From the NCBI GenBank assembly GCA_965213675.1, contig OZ243916.1:2048001-2112000 (forward strand): a DNA stretch of 64,000 nucleotides. Direction: 5' to 3'. The notes under the pieces are model-generated. The model was not told the DNA's origin. It worked only from the letters and a program-made list of their open reading frames with translations, and searched no databases. This document shows positions 58,528-64,000 of the stretch, one piece after another. This DNA is from an uncultured Candidatus Binatia bacterium. GTDB lineage: Bacteria > Desulfobacterota > Binatia > UBA9968 > JAJDTQ01. Each line of letters opens with the position of its first letter. Within the stretch, counting starts at the first letter, position 1. Both the position numbers and the translations under genes were made by a program.

Positions 58528-59061
58528 TCACGCTGTGGGCTCATCCGCGGGCGCCGACTTCCGCCGCGTCTTGCGCGGGGCTTTGCGCTTGCGCGGGGCG
58601 CGCCTGGTGCGCTCGTTCAGCAGGTCTTCCAATTCCGCCATGAATTCGTCGAGGTCCTTGAAGGAACGGTATACCGAGGCGAAGCGAACGTAGGCCACAG
58701 GATCGGTGTCGTGCAGCTCGCGCATGGCGGACTCGCCGATGATGGAGCCCGGCACTTCCTTCTCGCCCCGTTCCTGTAAACCGCGCTCGATGCGGTCGGC
58801 CATGGCCTCGATGGCGTCCATGCTGACCGGACGCTTCTGACACGCGCGTTTGAGGCCGTTGGTGATCTTGAGACGGTCGAAGGCTTCCCGGCGTCCATCC
58901 TTTTTCACCACCATGGGCATGGCTTCTTCCACGCGCTCGTAGGTGGTGAAGCGGCGCGCGCAGACCATGCACTCCCGCCGCCGCCGGATCATTTCGCCGT
59001 CCTTCCCGAGCCGGGAATCGATGACGTGGCTATTGGACTGGCGGCAAAAGGGGCATTTCAT
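58528..59061 (-). CDS. nrdR: Transcriptional repressor NrdR
   Basis: [31 protein letters not shown]. Confidence 0.97.
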   Translation of the reverse strand: MKCPFCRQSNSHVIDSRLGKDGEMIRRRRECMVCARRFTTYERVEEAMPMVVKKDGRREAFDRLKITNGLKRACQKRPVSMDAIEAMADRIERGLQERGEKEVPGSIIGESAMRELHDTDPVAYVRFASVYRSFKDLDEFMAELEDLLNERTRRAPRKRKAPRKTRRKSAPADEPTA

Positions 59062-59097
59062 GGCGAAGCCCGACCGCGCGGCCGCATGGCAACGAGG

Positions 59098-60375
59098 TCA
59101 GATCTGGGTGTCCCGGCCCGGCGCCGTTGCCTTGCCGCGGTACACGGGGAAGCGCCCGCACAGCGCCCGCACGTCGGCGGCAACGGCCGCGAGGCCCGCG
59201 TCATCTCCGACGTGGGCAAGAGCGCGCTGGATCAGTTCGGCGACGAGCCGCATCTCCGGCTCTTTCATGCCGCGGGTGGTGACGGCCGGGGTGCCGATAC
59301 GCACCCCGCTGGTGACGAAAGGCGAGCGGGTGTCGAAGGGCACGGTGTTGCGGTTGGCGGTGATTCCCGCCTGCTCCAGAGTCTCCTGCGCGAGCTTGCC
59401 CGTCAACTCGGATTCCCGGAAGTCCACCAGCATCAGGTGGTTGTCGGTACCCGCGGAAACCAACCGGAAGCCGCGCTCCATCAACGCGCCGGCCAGGGTC
59501 CCGGCGTTGGCGACGATCTGCCGCTGGTAGTCGGCGAACTCCGGGGTCGCCGCTTCTTTCAAGCCCACGGCCTTGGCCGCGATGACGTGCATCAGGGGCC
59601 CGCCCTGCATGCCCGGGAACACCCGGCTGTTGAGGGTCTTGGCGTGTTCCTCGCGGCACAGGATCATGCCCCCGCGCGGTCCGCGCAGGGTCTTGTGCGT
59701 GGTGGTGGTGACGAAGTCCGCGTAGGGCACCGGACTCGGGTGGCATCCGGCGGCGACCAAGCCGGCGATGTGCGCCATGTCCACCATCAACAGCGCCCCC
59801 ACTTCATCCGCGACTTCGCGGAACCGGGCGTAGTCGATGGTGCGTGGATAAGCGCTCGCCCCGGCCACGATAAGGCGCGGGCGATGCTCCCGGGCGAGGT
59901 CCGCCAGCGCGTCGTAGTCGATGGTCTCGGTTTCCTCCGAGACGCCGTAGGGCACGACGTTGTACAACCGCCCGGAGAAGTTCACGGGACTGCCCATGGA
60001 CAGATGTCCGCCGTGGGACAGATTCATGCCGAGGTAGGAGTCGCCGGGATTCAACACCGCGAAGTACACGGCCATGTTCGCCTGGGAACCCGAGTGCGGC
60101 TGGACGTTGACGTGCTCCGCACCGAACAGCGCCCTGGCCCGATCCACCGCCAGACGCTCCACCACGTCGACGTACTCGCAGCCGCCGTAGTAGCGCCGCC
60201 CCGGATAGCCCTCCGCGTACTTGTTGGTCATGAGCGAGCCCTGGGCCTCGAGCACCGCCTCGCTCACCACGTTCTCGGAGGCGATCAGCTCCAGGTTGGA
60301 CTCGAGGCGCTCGCTCTCATCGGCGATCGCTTGAAACACCTCGGGATCGACTTGCTCCAGGCTGGCTGAAATCAC
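59098..60375 (-). CDS. glyA: Serine hydroxymethyltransferase
   Basis: [37 protein letters not shown]. Confidence 0.98.
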   Translation of the reverse strand: MISASLEQVDPEVFQAIADESERLESNLELIASENVVSEAVLEAQGSLMTNKYAEGYPGRRYYGGCEYVDVVERLAVDRARALFGAEHVNVQPHSGSQANMAVYFAVLNPGDSYLGMNLSHGGHLSMGSPVNFSGRLYNVVPYGVSEETETIDYDALADLAREHRPRLIVAGASAYPRTIDYARFREVADEVGALLMVDMAHIAGLVAAGCHPSPVPYADFVTTTTHKTLRGPRGGMILCREEHAKTLNSRVFPGMQGGPLMHVIAAKAVGLKEAATPEFADYQRQIVANAGTLAGALMERGFRLVSAGTDNHLMLVDFRESELTGKLAQETLEQAGITANRNTVPFDTRSPFVTSGVRIGTPAVTTRGMKEPEMRLVAELIQRALAHVGDDAGLAAVAADVRALCGRFPVYRGKATAPGRDTQI

Positions 60376-60434
60376 TCTGAATTCCTCGTCGTGGAGCGTG
60401 ATGACACGCCCACGCTGTATCCATGTCCGCCCTG

Positions 60435-60614
60435 GGAGCCTGTCGGGTCTATCAAGAATCTACAGCGAGGCATGGGAATGGGTCCATTTCCGGTTGGATT
60501 TTTCGTCGGATATTACCGGGATATTACCAGTGTCATACCAATATCATCCGCAAATCCGCCCAAAACCGGCCTTCCCCTGCCTGTCGCTACGATTCGACAA
60601 ACCCGGCAGTCTCC
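60435..60614 (-). mobile_element. MITE-like element family C (180 bp)
   Basis: GGAGCCTGTCGGGTCTATC...GACAAACCCGGCAGTCTCC; reverse-complement match to 58097-58253 with internal GGATATTACC duplication. Confidence 0.85.
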
Positions 60615-60669
60615 TGGACAACGTTCCCGCCGGACTCGTGAGATCGGGGGTGAACGGCCGTTCCGGACG

Positions 60670-60906
60670 CTACCGGTGGCTCTCGATGTAATCGATGACG
60701 TCTTGCACGGTCTTGATCTTTTCCGCATCCTCGTCCGAGATTTCCATCTCGTACTCTTCCTCCAACGCCATGACCAGCTCGACGATGTCCAGAGAGTCGG
60801 CCCCCAGGTCCTCGATGAACGAGGCTTCCGGGCTTACTTCTCCGTCGCTCACTCCCAGTTGCTCACAGATGATCTCCTTGACCCTCGCCTCGACGTCTGT
60901 CGCCAT
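60670..60906 (-). CDS. acpP: Acyl carrier protein
   Basis: [19 protein letters not shown]. Confidence 0.98.
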   Translation of the reverse strand: MATDVEARVKEIICEQLGVSDGEVSPEASFIEDLGADSLDIVELVMALEEEYEMEISDEDAEKIKTVQDVIDYIESHR

Positions 60907-60987
60907 CTTGTACCCTCCTCTTCGTATCCGTGCCCTGTTCGTGGTGACGGGCGCCCCGTGCTCGCCGCCGGTGGTGGCGTCACGGGG

Positions 60988-61740
60988 TCACATATACAGG
61001 CCGCCATTGACCGCGACGGTCTGCCCCGTGATGTACTCGCCTCCCGGTCCCGCCAGAAACGCCACGGCCCGCGCGACATCGGCGCCGCTGCCGAACCGCC
61101 CCAAGGGAATCGCCTCGAGATAACGGCCGCGGGTTTCCTCGTTCAGGCTCGCCGTCATCTCCGTCTCGATGAAGCCCGGGGCCACCGCGTTGACGGTAAT
61201 GCCGCGGGGCGCGAGCTCCCGGGCCATGGACTTGGTGAACCCCTCGATGCCCGCCTTGGAAGCGGCATACACCGACTGGCCAACGTTTCCCATTTGTCCG
61301 GCCACCGAAGTCAGGTTCACGATCCGGCCGTACCGTTGCCGGATCATCCGCCTCGCGGCCGCTTTGGTGCAGTGGAAAAGGCCCCTCAGATTGACGTCGA
61401 TGATCCGATCCCAGTCCGGGGACGATTGGCGCAGCAGCAAACCGTCGACGGTTACCCCCGCGTTATTGATTAAAATATCAAGTTTTTCGTGCCGGTCAAT
61501 GATTCCCTTGACGGCCTCGTCCACCTCGTCGGCGCGTCCCACGTCGAACGGCGCCAACTCGGCCTGGCCGTTCCCGCTCAGGACTTCCTCCAGCACCTGT
61601 CGGGCCGCGGCATGGTTTTCCCGGTAATTGATGACAACGCGCACACCCAGCCCGGCCAGGCACAGGACCACCGCCCGTCCGATGCCTCTGCTCCCGCCCG
61701 TGACCAGCGCGACTCTGTCCGCCAGCGGTGCCGCTTCCAT
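60988..61740 (-). CDS. fabG: 3-oxoacyl-ACP reductase
   Basis: TGGSRGIG, NNAG, YAASK, VAPGFIET; likely start ATG 61740. Confidence 0.95.
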   Translation of the reverse strand: MEAAPLADRVALVTGGSRGIGRAVVLCLAGLGVRVVINYRENHAAARQVLEEVLSGNGQAELAPFDVGRADEVDEAVKGIIDRHEKLDILINNAGVTVDGLLLRQSSPDWDRIIDVNLRGLFHCTKAAARRMIRQRYGRIVNLTSVAGQMGNVGQSVYAASKAGIEGFTKSMARELAPRGITVNAVAPGFIETEMTASLNEETRGRYLEAIPLGRFGSGADVARAVAFLAGPGGEYITGQTVAVNGGLYM

Positions 61741-61745
61741 GCGCG

Positions 61746-62696
61746 TCAGGCTCCCGGCTCCGTCAGGAGCTTGTCCACGTCCTCCGGCGCCTCCACGTGG
61801 AGGCTGCGCACCCCCCGGTCGATGCGCCGGATGAGTCCCGAGAGGACCCTGCCCGGACCCAGTTCCACGGCGCGCTCGCAACCCAAGTCTACCAGCGTGC
61901 GCACCGACTCGTCCCATCGAACCGGCGCCACCACCTGTTCCACCAACAGGGGCTTGACCCGCGCCGGATCCGTGTTCACCGTCGCCTCCACGTTGGTGAC
62001 CACCCCCACCGACAAGGAATTCACCTCCACGTCCTCCAGCACCTCCCGCAAGCCCTCCGCCGCGGGCTGCATCAACGCGCAGTGGAACGGCGCGCTCACC
62101 GCCAGTTCCACGACCTTGCGCGCGCCTCGCTCTCGCGCCAGTTGCGCCACCCGTCGCACGGCCGCGCGCGCGCCCGACACCACCACCTGCCCGCCGCCGT
62201 TGAGGTTGGCCGGGGCCACCACCTCGCCGTCCGCCGCCTCGGCGCAAACGTCCCGTACGTCAGCCGCCTCCAGCCCGAGAATGGCGGCCATGCCCCCCTC
62301 TCCCTCGGGCACGGCCCGCTGCATCAGACGGCCGCGCTCCCGCACGACCCTCACCGCGTCCGCCAGCCGGAGCGCGCCCGCGCACACCAAAGCGCTGTAC
62401 TCCCCGAGGCTGTGCCCGGCCACCCACGCAGGCTTGAGGCCCGTCCGGCCTTCCAGCGCACGCAGGGCGGCCACGGACGCCGTCAGGATCGCCGGCTGGG
62501 TGTTTTCCGTGCGGTCGAGGTCAGCCTTCGGGCCGTGGAAGCAAAGCTCACGCAAACCGAAGCGCACGGCATCTTCCGCCTCCTCGAATACGGCCGTGGC
62601 TTCCGGGAACCGATCACACAAGGCTTGGCCCATGCCCACGTGCTGGGAGCCTTGCCCGGGAAAGACAAAGGCGGTTTGTGTCTGATCCGTCGCCAT
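61746..62696 (-). CDS. fabD: Malonyl-CoA:ACP transacylase
   Basis: FPGQGSQ, GHSLGEY, VSAPFH. Confidence 0.97.
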   Translation of the reverse strand: MATDQTQTAFVFPGQGSQHVGMGQALCDRFPEATAVFEEAEDAVRFGLRELCFHGPKADLDRTENTQPAILTASVAALRALEGRTGLKPAWVAGHSLGEYSALVCAGALRLADAVRVVRERGRLMQRAVPEGEGGMAAILGLEAADVRDVCAEAADGEVVAPANLNGGGQVVVSGARAAVRRVAQLARERGARKVVELAVSAPFHCALMQPAAEGLREVLEDVEVNSLSVGVVTNVEATVNTDPARVKPLLVEQVVAPVRWDESVRTLVDLGCERAVELGPGRVLSGLIRRIDRGVRSLHVEAPEDVDKLLTEPGA

Positions 62697-62698
62697 TC

Positions 62699-63685
62699 TC
62701 AACCAAGCGCGCTCACGATATCGTTGTTGATGTCTTGCGACGCGGCCTCGGCCGCGACCCGGACGGCGTTCTTGATGGCCTTGGCGGAAGAGCCGCCGTG
62801 GGCGACGATGGCAATACCGTTCAAGCCGATCAGCGGCGCACCGCCGTAGTGCGCGTAGTCGAGACGGTCGTAAGCGCGTCTGATGGCGCTGCGGCTCAAC
62901 AGGTAACCCAACCGGCTCGACAGACTGCTGCGGAACGAGTCCTTGAGCACCGTGGAAACGAACTGTCCGAGACCCTCCATGGTCTTCAGCGCGACATTGC
63001 CCGTGAAGCCGTCGCAGACCACCACGTGCACCCGCCCGTTGGTTATATCCCGGCCCTCCACGTAACCCACGAAGTTCAAGTCCGAACCGCGCAACTCACC
63101 AAGCGCGTCACGCGTGAGGTCATTGCCCTTGCTCTCCTCCTCGCCGTTGCTCAACACACCCACGCGCGGGCGCGCGACGCCGAGGATCTTCTCGGAATAA
63201 ATGGCGCCCATATGCGCGAACTGCACAAGCTGCCGGGGCTTGCAGTCGGTATTGGCGCCCCCGTCCACCAACACCGTCCCCCCGGATAGCGAAGGGCTTA
63301 CCGCCAGGATCGCTGGCCGGTCCACGCCTGGCAACCGGCCCAGCACCAGCATGCCGATGGCCATCATGGCCCCGGAATTGCCCGCGCTCACCACCGCGTC
63401 CCCTTCCCCGGCCTTCAGCCGGTCGAAGGCGACTCTCATGGAGGAGTCCTTCTGCTTCAACGCGCGACTGGGCGAGTCGTGCATGTCGATGAAGGTCGCC
63501 GCGGAAAGGACGTGTACAGCCGACGGGTCGTACCTGCGCGCCGACAGTTCAGACTCCACGGCGTCTCCCTGGCTGACCAGCGTCACCTCCACCCCATACT
63601 CCGCCGCGGCTTCCAGAGTTCCGGCCACAACGACGCCCGAGCCGTGGTCACCGCCCATCGCGTCAACGATGATCCGCCGCATCAC
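62699..63685 (-). CDS. plsX: Phosphate acyltransferase
   Basis: VDAMGGD, VSAGNSGA, CDGFTGNVALK. Confidence 0.97.
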   Translation of the reverse strand: MMRRIIVDAMGGDHGSGVVVAGTLEAAAEYGVEVTLVSQGDAVESELSARRYDPSAVHVLSAATFIDMHDSPSRALKQKDSSMRVAFDRLKAGEGDAVVSAGNSGAMMAIGMLVLGRLPGVDRPAILAVSPSLSGGTVLVDGGANTDCKPRQLVQFAHMGAIYSEKILGVARPRVGVLSNGEEESKGNDLTRDALGELRGSDLNFVGYVEGRDITNGRVHVVVCDGFTGNVALKTMEGLGQFVSTVLKDSFRSSLSSRLGYLLSRSAIRRAYDRLDYAHYGGAPLIGLNGIAIVAHGGSSAKAIKNAVRVAAEAASQDINNDIVSALG

Positions 63686-63715
63686 GCACCGGGGACAGGC
63701 GCACTCCGGGACACC

Positions 63716-63898
63716 CTAGGTGTCTTCGCCGGTCGTCACCGGCCGCGCCTTGTAGTAGCCGCAAGCGTCACAGACCCTGTGCCGCAGCATCGCCGCGCCA
63801 CAACGGGAACAAGTCACCCACTGCGGCGCGGCGATGGCGTCATGGGAGCGGCGCTTGTTGCGTTTGCTGTTGGAAGTTCTTCTTTTGGGTACGGGCAT
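63716..63898 (-). CDS. rpmF: 50S ribosomal protein L32
   Basis: MPVPKRRTS...RRSH, CSRC...HRVCDACGYY. Confidence 0.96.
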   Translation of the reverse strand: MPVPKRRTSNSKRNKRRSHDAIAAPQWVTCSRCGAAMLRHRVCDACGYYKARPVTTGEDT

Positions 63899-63910
63899 GT
63901 CCTTGTCCTG

Positions 63911-63977
63911 CCTGGTGTGGCGTGCCGCAAATACGTTGATGCATATGCGCAGGAATTCTTGTCGCCGGCAAGGCGCC
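63911..63977 (+). repeat. Partial degenerate copy of MITE family B
   Basis: CCTGGTGTGGCGTGCCGCAAA...GCAGGAATTCTTGTCGCCGGCAAGGCGC aligns by eye with the left end of 35487-35650. Confidence 0.55.
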
Positions 63978-64000
63978 ATGCCTTGCCGGAGCGGCCGGCG

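Overview
High-GC bacterial chromosomal segment. The rpmF-plsX-fab-acpP-glyA-nrdR-rib-nusB-leuS-lptE/rpsT/murJ order resembles deltaproteobacteria-like lineages (inference only). 1-5.9 kb is a defence cluster at the 3' end of tRNA-Ser(UGA): a BrnT-type toxin-antitoxin pair, then a type I R-M operon with a VapBC pair wedged between hsdS and hsdR. 6-46 kb is accessory metabolism: LLM oxidoreductase, tcuAB, asparaginase, an ExeM-like nuclease, a fused Mo-hydroxylase, Kef antiporter, a ppgK / CYTH-CHAD / ParA / HU / TreT block, an EHD/dynamin-like NTPase, a CoA ligase-hcrCAB operon, a VOC / IspH-fold / UbiD / LOG operon, ABC and MFS transporters and pncB. 46-64 kb is a core superoperon lacking several usual members (fabH, fabF, rpiB, holA), with MITE-like and dRS3-like repeats in the intergenic gaps. 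Best candidates for undescribed biology: (i) an IspH-fold Fe-S protein with a rebuilt active site beside a UbiD decarboxylase, (ii) an orphan ParA translationally coupled to a polyphosphate-binding CHAD protein, (iii) a TA module placed to control hsdR, (iv) a RibBA whose RibB half looks catalytically dead. All calls come from motif recognition by eye; no database searches were run.
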